This document shows, one piece after another, positions 50,534-59,213 of a stretch of DNA of 64,000 nt (position 1 is the first letter of the stretch; each line of letters opens with the position of its first letter). The DNA lies in assembly GCA_012797605.1 (NCBI GenBank), contig JAAZOT010000050.1:4655-68654 (forward strand). Direction: 5' to 3'. The notes under the pieces were generated by a model that did no database searches, was not told the DNA's origin, and worked only from the letters and a program-made list of their open reading frames with translations. Source of the DNA: Spirochaetales bacterium. Lineage in GTDB: Bacteria; Spirochaetota; JAAYUW01. The position numbers were made by a program, and so were the translations under genes.

Positions 50534-51172
50534 ATGAGTGGTTTAACTTCAATAAATACCTATCAGAGTAAAGAAGAATACGCAAAAACTCAACTTTTAG
50601 TTGAATCTTTCAATAAATCTTTAATGGTTGATGGTAAAGAGATAAAACATGAGCTTGGTAAAGATGACTTTTTAAAGCTTTTAATTGCTCAGTTACAACA
50701 TCAGGATCCAACTAAACCTCTTGAAGATAAAGAATTTATAGCTCAGATGGCTCAATTTTCAAGTCTTGAGCAGATGAAACAGGTCAATGACACATTAGCT
50801 CTTTTGAATCAAGGTTTTTTAGTGAACCAAACATTAGCATTGCTAGGAACTGAGGTTAATGTTCAGACTCCTTATGGTGTAGACACTGGCATAGTTGAAT
50901 CCGTTATTTTTGAGGGCGGAATTCCAAAAGTTTCAGTAAATGGAAATCTTTATCCAACATCATTTATATTTTCTATTGGATTACCACAAGGTTACCCAAT
51001 ACAGAATGAATCTGTAAATAAGAATAATAAAGTAGATGAGCAAAATATATCTAATGATACTATTGAATCTGAAACCGAGTATTCAAATCAGGTAAGTAAT
51101 ACTTCAAATACATCAAACACTACAAATGAACCTAATACTGCTACTTCATATGAAGAAAATGAAAGAAATTAA
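50534..51172 (+). CDS. flgD: Flagellar hook assembly (capping) protein FlgD
   Basis: The motif LGKDDFLKLLIAQLQHQDPTKPLEDKEFIAQMAQFSSLEQM is typical of FlgD. The C-terminal tail is low-complexity and S/N/T-rich. Confidence 0.9.
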   Translation: MSGLTSINTYQSKEEYAKTQLLVESFNKSLMVDGKEIKHELGKDDFLKLLIAQLQHQDPTKPLEDKEFIAQMAQFSSLEQMKQVNDTLALLNQGFLVNQTLALLGTEVNVQTPYGVDTGIVESVIFEGGIPKVSVNGNLYPTSFIFSIGLPQGYPIQNESVNKNNKVDEQNISNDTIESETEYSNQVSNTSNTSNTTNEPNTATSYEENERN

Positions 51173-51191
51173 ATAAAAAAAGGAGTTTATT

Positions 51192-52574
51192 ATGATGCGA
51201 TGTTTATATGCAGGAGTTGCTGGATTACAAAATCATCAAGTTAGAATGGATGTTATTGGTAACAATGTATCAAATGTTAATACATATGGGTATAAGAAGA
51301 ACAGAGTTAGTTTTCAAGATTTATTATACCAAAATATGTCTGGTGCAGCTGCACCAACCGTAGAAGTTGGAGGAATAAATCCAAAACAGGTTGGTCTTGG
51401 AATGTCTATAGCTCAGATAGGTACCATATTTACTCAGGGCGCCCTTCAGACAACCGGAAGGAACCTAGACCTCGCGATCACAGGTGAAGGTTTTTTTATT
51501 TTGAAAAAAGGTGAAAATGTTTTTTATTCAAGATCTGGAGTATTTGGTATTGATAAAGATGGTGTTTTGGTTAATCCCGCAAATGGTTATAGAGTACAAG
51601 GATGGAATGCAGAATTTGTTGATGGTAAATATGTCATAAATACTGCTAACCCTATAGGTGAAATACAAATACCAGTTGGAGGTAAATCTCCAGCAAAAGC
51701 AACAACTAAAATAGATTATAAGTCAAACTTAAATTCAGAAACACAACCACTTCCAGTAGGTAGAGAACCAACTGCTGATGAAGTCGCTGCATCTGTTCAT
51801 AAAACAACGATTGATATTTTTGATTCAAAAGGTAATAAACATCAATTACAACTATCATTCACTAGAGTTCCTGGTACTGTAAATCAATGGACATGCCAAG
51901 CAACTTTACTTGATTTACCGAATGTATCAGTTCAACTAGATGTTCCTGGTGCAAATATAAATGATTCTAATACAGTTTCTCTTATATTTAATAATGAAGG
52001 TGCTATAATTGGAGTAAGCGACAATCCAAATGAACCAGGGGCTCCTTCTGATCTTTCAAACATTGGTAATTTGATTGCAAATGCCACATTTACTCTTCCT
52101 GATGGCCAACAGCAAGCTATAACATTAAATCTTGGAACAAGTGGTCAATATGATGGAATAACACAGTTTGCATCACCCACAACTACAAAAGCAGTAGATC
52201 AAGATGGTTATGGTATGGGTTATCTTGAAACATTTGTTATAGATAACCAAGGTGTAATTACTGGAATTTATTCAAATGGAGAAAAACTACCGTTAGGTCA
52301 AATTGCCCTTGCTACCTTTACAAATCCTGAAGGACTTCAGAAAGTTGGTGACAATGATTTTGCCCAAACAATTAACTCTGGCACAGCTAATGTATCTGCT
52401 GCAAATACTGCTGGGAAAGGTGCTCTAGTTGCTGGTGCCCTTGAAATGAGTAATGTTGACTTATCCGAAGAATTTACTGATATGATTGTAACCCAAAGAG
52501 GATTTGAAGCAAATTCCAAGACTATTCAAACAGCAGATCAGATGCTTCAGGTAATTATGGGATTGAAAAGATAA
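51192..52574 (+). CDS. flgE: Flagellar hook protein FlgE
   Basis: 460 aa. N-terminus MMRCLYAGVAGLQNHQVRMDVIGNNVSNVNTYGYK and C-terminus MSNVDLSEEFTDMIVTQRGFEANSKTIQTADQML are typical of FlgE. Confidence 0.9.
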   Translation: MMRCLYAGVAGLQNHQVRMDVIGNNVSNVNTYGYKKNRVSFQDLLYQNMSGAAAPTVEVGGINPKQVGLGMSIAQIGTIFTQGALQTTGRNLDLAITGEGFFILKKGENVFYSRSGVFGIDKDGVLVNPANGYRVQGWNAEFVDGKYVINTANPIGEIQIPVGGKSPAKATTKIDYKSNLNSETQPLPVGREPTADEVAASVHKTTIDIFDSKGNKHQLQLSFTRVPGTVNQWTCQATLLDLPNVSVQLDVPGANINDSNTVSLIFNNEGAIIGVSDNPNEPGAPSDLSNIGNLIANATFTLPDGQQQAITLNLGTSGQYDGITQFASPTTTKAVDQDGYGMGYLETFVIDNQGVITGIYSNGEKLPLGQIALATFTNPEGLQKVGDNDFAQTINSGTANVSAANTAGKGALVAGALEMSNVDLSEEFTDMIVTQRGFEANSKTIQTADQMLQVIMGLKR

Positions 52575-52641
52575 AATTAATATAAAAATGCTTTGATAAT
52601 CTATTAAAATGTTGTAAATATATTTTTAGTAAATTTGTAGG

Positions 52642-52697
52642 GGGAGCATAGCAATTTAAGGAAAAGAAATAAATTGTAGTGCTCCCTTTTATTTTTT
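52642..52697 (+). terminator. Hairpin plus U-run after flgE (terminator or attenuator inside the flagellar operon)
   Basis: GGGAGCA...TGCTCCC outer stem with an inner AATTT/AAATT extension, followed by TTTTATTTTTT. Confidence 0.5.
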
Positions 52698-52734
52698 ATT
52701 AGATTAAGGATGAATAATGTTAAAAGAGGAAAGG

Positions 52735-52932
52735 ATGGTTAAATTAACTAGACTTAATGGTACATCTTTTTACTTAAATCCTCATTTAATTGAATATATA
52801 GAATCAGTTCCAGACACACTTATTTCCTTGTTAAATGGTACGACTTTATATGTAAAGGAGAAACCTGAAGAGGTTATAGATAGGATTGTAGATTATAGAA
52901 GAAGAATTGGTATATTTAAGAATGAATTATAA
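52735..52932 (+). CDS. flbD: Flagellar protein FlbD
   Basis: Start at the ATG at 52735 (GAGGAAAGG upstream). MVKLTRLNGTSFYLNPHLIEYIESVPDT matches the FlbD family pattern. It lies directly upstream of motA. Confidence 0.8.
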   Translation: MVKLTRLNGTSFYLNPHLIEYIESVPDTLISLLNGTTLYVKEKPEEVIDRIVDYRRRIGIFKNEL

Positions 52933-53005
52933 AACTAAAAATTTTTGATTGGAAGTTTTTCTTTCTATCAAAATAATATAAAGATGTAAGATATAGGAGG
53001 AATTA

Positions 53006-53794
53006 ATGCTTGATTTAGCTTCAGCAATAGGATTAATAGCAGCATTTGTAATGCTTATATTTGGTATTATTTCTGCAGGTGGACCAGGAGGACTTCGATA
53101 TTTTTTCGATCCAGCATCAATTTTTATAACCTTTGGGGGTGGGCTTGCTTGTGCTTTGACATCTGTTCCACTTTCAAGATTTTTATCTATACCAAAATAT
53201 TCAAAATTCGTATTTAGAACGCCAGTTTTTGACCCAAGTTCTATCATTAAAATGCTTATAACATTTTCTGAAAAAGCAAGAAGAGAAGGAATTTTGGCTC
53301 TAGAAGATGATATAGCAGAACTTACCGATCCATTTTTGAAAAAAGGGATACAGCTTGTTGTTGATGGAACAGAGCCAGAAAAGATAAAAAATGTACTACA
53401 GATAGAAATGGATAAAATACTAGAAAGACATTCACAAAATCAACTTGTTTTTGATAAACTCGACAGCTTTTTCCCTGCATTTGGTATGATAGGTACTCTT
53501 ATAGGACTTGTCCTTATGTTGACTCAGTTAAGTAATAAGGAAGCTTTAGGTAAATCTCTTGCGACAGCTCTTATAACCACATTTTATGGAACTGTCGGAG
53601 CTAACATTATCGCACATCCATTTAAAACAAAGCTTGAAGATAGAGACACTCAGGAGATACTTATAAAAGAAATAATGCTTGAAGGGATATTATCTATTCA
53701 AGCTGGTGAAAACCCAAGAATTTTAAAAGATAAACTTGTCTCTTTCTTATCTCCAGCTTTAAGAGAGGCAATAAGTAAAGAGCTTGGTGAATAA
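53006..53794 (+). CDS. motA: Flagellar stator protein MotA/PomA
   Basis: 262 aa with four TM helices and a cytoplasmic loop. The C-terminal TM3-4 region contains PAFGMIGTLIGL. Confidence 0.9.
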   Translation: MLDLASAIGLIAAFVMLIFGIISAGGPGGLRYFFDPASIFITFGGGLACALTSVPLSRFLSIPKYSKFVFRTPVFDPSSIIKMLITFSEKARREGILALEDDIAELTDPFLKKGIQLVVDGTEPEKIKNVLQIEMDKILERHSQNQLVFDKLDSFFPAFGMIGTLIGLVLMLTQLSNKEALGKSLATALITTFYGTVGANIIAHPFKTKLEDRDTQEILIKEIMLEGILSIQAGENPRILKDKLVSFLSPALREAISKELGE

Positions 53795-53814
53795 TTTATA
53801 AAACAGGAATAGAA

Positions 53815-54537
53815 ATGGGCAAAAAAAAGGAAAAACCAGGTAAGGCTCCTTCCTGGATTACAACAATGTCGGATTTAAATAATCTACTTCTTTGTTTTTT
53901 CATATTACTTTATGTCTTGACAGATGTTCAGGTTGAAAATATTCCAAGATTTTTTCCTTCTCCATTTAAAGGTGGTCTTGGACCAATGTCTGGCGGAAAT
54001 GCTTTAGAACCTGGGCAACTTGCTGAAATGGGCTCAAGGATAGAGTCACTTCCTTCTAGTGAAAAAGGTCAAAGTCTAGCAAAAGCGGTGGAAAAGGCAG
54101 TATCTTTGTTTCAACCAGAGATACTTGCCAAAAAAATGAAAATACAGTTAGAAGAAAGAGGAATAGTCATAACTCTTGGTTCAGATTTTTATTTTAAACC
54201 AGGATCAGCAGAATTAAACCAAAACGGAATAGAGGTTTTGCAAAAAATATATAAAGCTTTTGAGTTACTACCAAATAAAATAAGGATAGAGGGTCATACA
54301 GATAATACAATGATACCTTTTGGAAGTGAGCTATCAAAACAGTATCCAACAAATTGGGATTTGTCCTCAAAAAGAGCTATCAATGTCTTACTTTATCTTG
54401 AATTTTTAGGGATTCCATCTAAAAGATTATCCGCTGTTGCTTATGGAGACACAAGACCCATCGAAACAAATGAAACACCAGAAGGAAGAGCTTATAATAG
54501 AAGAGTAGAAATCGTTATTATGAGAGAAGAAGACTGA
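53815..54537 (+). CDS. motB: Flagellar stator protein MotB (OmpA-like peptidoglycan-binding C-terminus)
   Basis: 240 aa. The N-terminal TM is preceded by the conserved Asp (WITTMSDLNNLLL). The OmpA-like domain ends in NRRVEIVI. Confidence 0.9.
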   Translation: MGKKKEKPGKAPSWITTMSDLNNLLLCFFILLYVLTDVQVENIPRFFPSPFKGGLGPMSGGNALEPGQLAEMGSRIESLPSSEKGQSLAKAVEKAVSLFQPEILAKKMKIQLEERGIVITLGSDFYFKPGSAELNQNGIEVLQKIYKAFELLPNKIRIEGHTDNTMIPFGSELSKQYPTNWDLSSKRAINVLLYLEFLGIPSKRLSAVAYGDTRPIETNETPEGRAYNRRVEIVIMREED

Positions 54538-54561
54538 ATTTTATTTTTGTTTTTTTATCTA

Positions 54562-54590
54562 TTGACTTTATAAGTATTTGTTTTATTAAT
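54562..54590 (+). promoter_or_regulatory. Candidate internal sigma-70 promoter upstream of fliL
   Basis: TTGACT-N17-ATTAAT in the 131-nt motB-fliL gap. Confidence 0.25.
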
Positions 54591-54668
54591 AAAAAGGTTA
54601 AATAATAATGTTTATAACTATTGTATTTTGTATACCATAGCTAATTAAGTAAGATAAGGAGAAACAGG

Positions 54669-55253
54669 ATGGGGGATAAAGATAAATTAGATGATTTAAA
54701 TTTTGAAGATGAAGCCGAGTTAAATGAGACTGAAGCTGGTGCTGGTGAAGGTGAAGAGAAGAAACCAGCGGAGAAAAAAGGATTTAAAGGTTTATCTTCT
54801 GGTATAGTTAGAATACTACTATATATTATAGGTATCATTATTTTAATCGCAATATCTGTTACAATCTCTTATCTTGTAGCCTCAAAAACAGCTGAAAAAC
54901 CAGACAAGATTAGTATCGAACAAACATATAAGAATGTTACTCCTCCTTATGATACTTTAAGATTAGCCGATTTTACTATTAACACTTCAGATATTGATGA
55001 GCAGCATGTCATCCGTGTTACAATAGCCCTAGCTTACACTCAAAAAGATGCAGCTGTTAGTGCAGAACTAGCTCAAAGAGAAGCTCAAATAAGAGACATA
55101 ATAAATAGAATATTGAGTGCTAAGAGAAAAGATGAAATTGATTCTATTGAAGGTAAAGAAAACTTAAAAAATGAGATTAAAAATGCTATAAATAATATTT
55201 TAGTAAATGGTAAAATAAAAGATGTTTATTTCATTGATTTCTTTATTTCATAA
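54669..55253 (+). CDS. fliL: Flagellar basal body-associated protein FliL
   Basis: 194 aa with an acidic N-terminus, a single TM and a FliL-like C-terminal domain (FTINTSD...IRVTIALAY, KIKDVYFIDFFI). Confidence 0.8.
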   Translation: MGDKDKLDDLNFEDEAELNETEAGAGEGEEKKPAEKKGFKGLSSGIVRILLYIIGIIILIAISVTISYLVASKTAEKPDKISIEQTYKNVTPPYDTLRLADFTINTSDIDEQHVIRVTIALAYTQKDAAVSAELAQREAQIRDIINRILSAKRKDEIDSIEGKENLKNEIKNAINNILVNGKIKDVYFIDFFIS

Positions 55254-55280
55254 AAAAGAAAAGGTTTTGGTGGAGTTAAT

Positions 55281-56306
55281 ATGACAGAAGTCCTGTCACA
55301 AGATGAGATAGATCAACTATTATCTGCTATTAGTGCTGGTGATACTACTATTGAAGATGTTTCAAAAACAACAACCCAAAAAAAGATTAGAATATACGAT
55401 TTTAAAAGACCTTCCAAATTCTCAAAAGATCAACAGAGAGCCATTCGAATGATTTATGATTCTTTTGCCAGACTCTCTCAAACAACTTTATCTGCTATTT
55501 TGAGAGCACCTGTGCAATTTCATGTTGCATCTGTCGATGAATTGACTTTTGAAGAATTTACTAGGTCGATCCCTACTCCGACCACTATGGCAATAATTAA
55601 CATGGATCCTCTTAAAGGTTCTGCTATTTTTGAGATAGATCCAGCCATTACATTTGCAATAATAGATAGAATTTTTGGCGGAAAAGGTAAAACGACTCAA
55701 AAAATAACGAGAGAATTGACAGATATTGAACAAGCAGTAATGGAAAATATTATTGTAAAGTTGCTTTCAAATTTAAGGGAATCATGGGCAAACTATGTTG
55801 ATTTAAGACCAAGGCTTGGAACTATAGAGGTAAATCCGCAGTTTGCTACAATCATAGCGCCTACACAGATGACTACACTAGTAACTCTCGAGACTAAGAT
55901 TGGTGAAAATGAAGGTATGAGTAATTTCTGTATTCCAGCTTTAACTTTGGACCCTATCATTGGAAAACTTACTCCTACATATTGGTTTTCTTCATATAGA
56001 AAAGGAAAAGGATCAGAATATTTTATTTATTTGAAAAAAAGAATCGAGGATATACCTTTAACTATAAAAGCCGAATTAGGTTCTACAAAGATTAGATTTG
56101 GTGATGTATTAGATTTAAAAGTTGATGATATTGTAGCTTTTCATAATGTAAAAGTGACCGATGATATAAATATAAAAGTTGGAAATCATACAAAATTTCT
56201 TGGAAGACCTGGTATTTTTGATTCCAAGCTATCTGTCCAAATAACAAAAGTCCTTGAATCTCCAACTTTTGAAGATATATTATCCGAGGAGGAAGATAAT
56301 GGGTGA
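55281..56306 (+). CDS. fliM: Flagellar motor switch protein FliM
   Basis: 341 aa with the N-terminal CheY-P binding peptide LSQDEIDQLL, a middle CheC-like fold and a C-terminal SpoA domain. Confidence 0.9.
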   Translation: MTEVLSQDEIDQLLSAISAGDTTIEDVSKTTTQKKIRIYDFKRPSKFSKDQQRAIRMIYDSFARLSQTTLSAILRAPVQFHVASVDELTFEEFTRSIPTPTTMAIINMDPLKGSAIFEIDPAITFAIIDRIFGGKGKTTQKITRELTDIEQAVMENIIVKLLSNLRESWANYVDLRPRLGTIEVNPQFATIIAPTQMTTLVTLETKIGENEGMSNFCIPALTLDPIIGKLTPTYWFSSYRKGKGSEYFIYLKKRIEDIPLTIKAELGSTKIRFGDVLDLKVDDIVAFHNVKVTDDINIKVGNHTKFLGRPGIFDSKLSVQITKVLESPTFEDILSEEEDNG

Positions 56307-57348
56307 TGGTGCTCTTTCTCAAAGTGAAATAGATGCTCTTTTGCAAGGTACCGATAGTTTTCTAGATATGTCTTCTGGTGGTCCAGAATCTTCTGCATTA
56401 AATGAAAATGATATCGCTACATTAAAAGAAATTTTAACAGCTATAATTGATGCACAAAGCACTACTTTGAAGATTTCTACAAATAGTGATGTTCAAATTT
56501 CTAACCCTAAAATTGATATTATCTCAAAAGATGGTCTTGCTACTTTATTACCATTTCCAGTATTGCAGGTAAGTTTACCATTTGAAGATGAATTACCTGG
56601 ATTTAATTCTTATATCTATAAAGTGTCTGATGCCCTTTTACTTGGTTCTAAAATGATGGGACAGGAAAGTAAAGAACTAACCGAAATGATTTCTTCAGCA
56701 GTTTCCGAAGCTACTTCTCAAATAATTGGTTCATCTATTACTTATTTTTCAAATACTTTTAAGATACATATCAATACTGGTTCACCACAACATCTACAGG
56801 CAAATACATTTTCAGATTTAGTATTACCTTCTGACGATGTAATCGTATTTATTACTTACAATTTTAAAATTGATAGAACTGTAACAACTTTATACCATGT
56901 TATTTCTCTTTCAATAGCTCAAGTTTTATCAAGCTTGAAACAGGGAACTAAACCATCAGCAAGACAACAGGAAAGAGTTGAAGCAGTTAAAAGTTATGAA
57001 ATGCCTTCTGAAGCTAAAACAAAGGCTACAAGAACATATCAACCAGCTGCTTTTTCAAAACTTGAACCAGTTCTTTCAGATGAAGAAAATAAAAACATCT
57101 CATTACTTTTAGATGTTGAAATGGAAGTTACTGTTGAACTTGGTAAAACCCAAAAGACGATAAAAGAAATCCTATCTATGGGTGAAGGTACTATTATAAC
57201 ACTTAATAGATTGGCAGGTGAAACTCTTGATGTTCTTGTTAATGGTAAACCTATAGCAAAAGGTGAAGCGATAGTTATAGAAGAATATTTTGGTGTAAGA
57301 ATAACAGAGATTTTAAGTAAAGAGGCGAGAATATCTTCTCTCAAATAA
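56299..57348 (+). CDS. fliY: Flagellar motor switch protein FliY (long FliN with N-terminal CheY-binding peptide)
   Basis: Start at the ATG at 56299, an 8-nt overlap with fliM. N-terminus LSQSEIDALLQG. The C-terminal FliN/SpoA domain reads MEVTVELGKTQKTIKEILSMGEGTIITLNRLAGETLDVLVNGKPIAKGEAIVIEEYFGVRITEI. Confidence 0.85.
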   Translation: MGDGALSQSEIDALLQGTDSFLDMSSGGPESSALNENDIATLKEILTAIIDAQSTTLKISTNSDVQISNPKIDIISKDGLATLLPFPVLQVSLPFEDELPGFNSYIYKVSDALLLGSKMMGQESKELTEMISSAVSEATSQIIGSSITYFSNTFKIHINTGSPQHLQANTFSDLVLPSDDVIVFITYNFKIDRTVTTLYHVISLSIAQVLSSLKQGTKPSARQQERVEAVKSYEMPSEAKTKATRTYQPAAFSKLEPVLSDEENKNISLLLDVEMEVTVELGKTQKTIKEILSMGEGTIITLNRLAGETLDVLVNGKPIAKGEAIVIEEYFGVRITEILSKEARISSLK

Positions 57349-57354
57349 AATTAT

Positions 57355-57957
57355 ATGGAAAAAATTTTAAAAATTTTTACAAAAAAAAAATTGTTTTTTA
57401 TAATATTAGTTCTATTAATTTTTGTCTTCTGTACTCAAATATTTAGCCAAGATAACGGGAAAAATGCCCCCCAAGAACAAAACATTGATGTAATAAATAA
57501 AAATCTTTCTGATCAAAATACTGTTACTGAAAAAAAAGATTCAAATTCAATTGCTTCTTTCTTTTTAAGAACCCTGATAGTATTAATAATTTTGGTTGTA
57601 ATCTACTTCTTCATTAAATATAGATTTTCAAAATCTGTAGAAAATAAATTAACAGATAAAAATTTTTCAATTTTATTGAAACAACAGATTTCTAAAAATA
57701 TCTCTTTAGCTGTGTTGGAATTTTTCGGATCCTATTATATAATTTCAATAGGTAATGATATTAACATTTTGGAAAAAATTGAAAATCAAGAAACTATCGA
57801 TGCAATTAAATTGGAAGCTGGAAAGGAGCAACCAAAAAAAACTTTTTTAGAATATCTAGGATTTTCTGCTACTAAAAGTGAAAATTCTAATGTGATTTTA
57901 AAATTCAACCAATTAAAAGAAAAGATGAATAACATAAAAAAAGGCAACAGAGAATGA
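57355..57957 (+). CDS. fliO: FliO/FliZ-family flagellar biosynthesis membrane protein
   Basis: 200 aa with a signal-like N-terminus, a central TM (FFLRTLIVLIILVVIYFFIKY) and a C-terminal segment (ISLAVLEFFGSYYIISIGNDINILEKIE) resembling FliO/FliZ. It sits directly after fliY, as in Bacillus and spirochaete operons. Confidence 0.55.
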   Translation: MEKILKIFTKKKLFFIILVLLIFVFCTQIFSQDNGKNAPQEQNIDVINKNLSDQNTVTEKKDSNSIASFFLRTLIVLIILVVIYFFIKYRFSKSVENKLTDKNFSILLKQQISKNISLAVLEFFGSYYIISIGNDINILEKIENQETIDAIKLEAGKEQPKKTFLEYLGFSATKSENSNVILKFNQLKEKMNNIKKGNRE

Positions 57958-59195
57958 GTGATAATGTTCGATTTCAGATTTCCAGATATAATCCAAATGC
58001 TGTAATAATGATCAGTGGAGATATCAATAATAAATCATTTTTTATAATACAAGAAGGATCTGTTAGGCTTTCAAGTCCTCTATCAAAGATTATTGATGAT
58101 ATAGATACTGATCTAGTAAAAGGGGATTTTTTTGGCGTAGAATCTTGTATGGCAAATTTACCAAGGATAGAAGGAGCAATAGCTACTTCTCCAACCACAA
58201 TTATTTCAATTCAAAGAGAACAATTTTCAGCACTTATACAAAGGTCCCCAACTATACCTATAAAGATAATTAAATCATTCTCTGAAAAGTTAAGAAAATA
58301 TGATCATTTCATAGCCTCTTTATCATTAAAAGCAATTAATCAATCTAATATTAATGAAGAAGATACAATCTATTGTAATGCTAAATACTATGAACAACAT
58401 TCGAAATTTCCTTTCGCTTATAAAATCTATTTAACTTATTTAAAGCATTACCCTAGTGGGAAATATTCAAATGAAGTCAAACAAAAAGCGGTAAACCTTA
58501 AACCATATATAGAAAATGTTCCTTTGGAGATAAAAGCAAATGGCTTAAATGCTAATGTTCCGAAAGATTTTCTATTGTTTGTAGAAGGTGAACCTGGAGA
58601 TAGACTCTTTATCATTCAAAAAGGGAAAGTAAATATTACCAAAATAATGAATGATAAAGAGATACTTATAGCTGTATTAAAAGAAGGTGATATTTTCGGA
58701 GAGATGGCACTTCTAGAAAATAAACCAAGAACCGCAAATGCAATTACGGCAGAGGATTGCTCCTTTTTAATTGTAGAAAGGAAAAATTTCGATGCTATGG
58801 TTACAAGTCAACCGAGTTTAACAACTAAATTAATCACATTATTATCTGAAAGATCCTGGGTAGCATATAGACAACTTGAAAATTCATTGTTAGCTGAACC
58901 TATAGCAAAAATGTGGGATACTTTACTAATTCAACTTCAGAAGAATAGAGTTCTACCTCAAGATAATGCTAGTTTTACTTTCCCTTTTTCATTTGTTGGT
59001 CTTGTAAAGATGGTTGGACTTCCAGAACATGAAGCTCCAAGATATAAAACTGAATTTTTGCAAACAAAAAAATTCGAAGAGTATGAAGATAAAATCGTAT
59101 GTAAGAATACGATGTTAATACAAAATCAGGTTGAATTTTATCAAAAAATGCTTTTGCGAAAAGAAAAGATTCAAAAATTTAAAGAAGAAACTTAA
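57954..59195 (+). CDS. Tandem cyclic-nucleotide-binding (CNB/Crp-type) domain protein with TPR-like linker and a possible C-terminal wHTH
   Basis: 413 aa, start overlapping the fliO/Z stop (ATGA). CNB domain 1 has a degenerate phosphate-binding cassette (GDFFGVESCMANLPRIEGAIA). CNB domain 2 is canonical (LFIIQKGKVNI...GDIFGEMALLENKPRTANAITA). Confidence 0.75.
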   Translation: MSDNVRFQISRYNPNAVIMISGDINNKSFFIIQEGSVRLSSPLSKIIDDIDTDLVKGDFFGVESCMANLPRIEGAIATSPTTIISIQREQFSALIQRSPTIPIKIIKSFSEKLRKYDHFIASLSLKAINQSNINEEDTIYCNAKYYEQHSKFPFAYKIYLTYLKHYPSGKYSNEVKQKAVNLKPYIENVPLEIKANGLNANVPKDFLLFVEGEPGDRLFIIQKGKVNITKIMNDKEILIAVLKEGDIFGEMALLENKPRTANAITAEDCSFLIVERKNFDAMVTSQPSLTTKLITLLSERSWVAYRQLENSLLAEPIAKMWDTLLIQLQKNRVLPQDNASFTFPFSFVGLVKMVGLPEHEAPRYKTEFLQTKKFEEYEDKIVCKNTMLIQNQVEFYQKMLLRKEKIQKFKEET

Positions 59196-59213
59196 AGAAA
59201 AGGAGAAGTTGTT

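Noticed and set aside
52927-53247. 106-aa minus-strand ORF opposite motA.
   Set aside because: It is antisense to a confidently identified MotA N-terminus, and there is no independent support.
57039-57344. 101-aa antisense ORF in the FliN domain of fliY (also 55488-55733, 56092-56398 and 57974-58198).
   Set aside because: These are shadow ORFs opposite strongly supported switch-protein genes.
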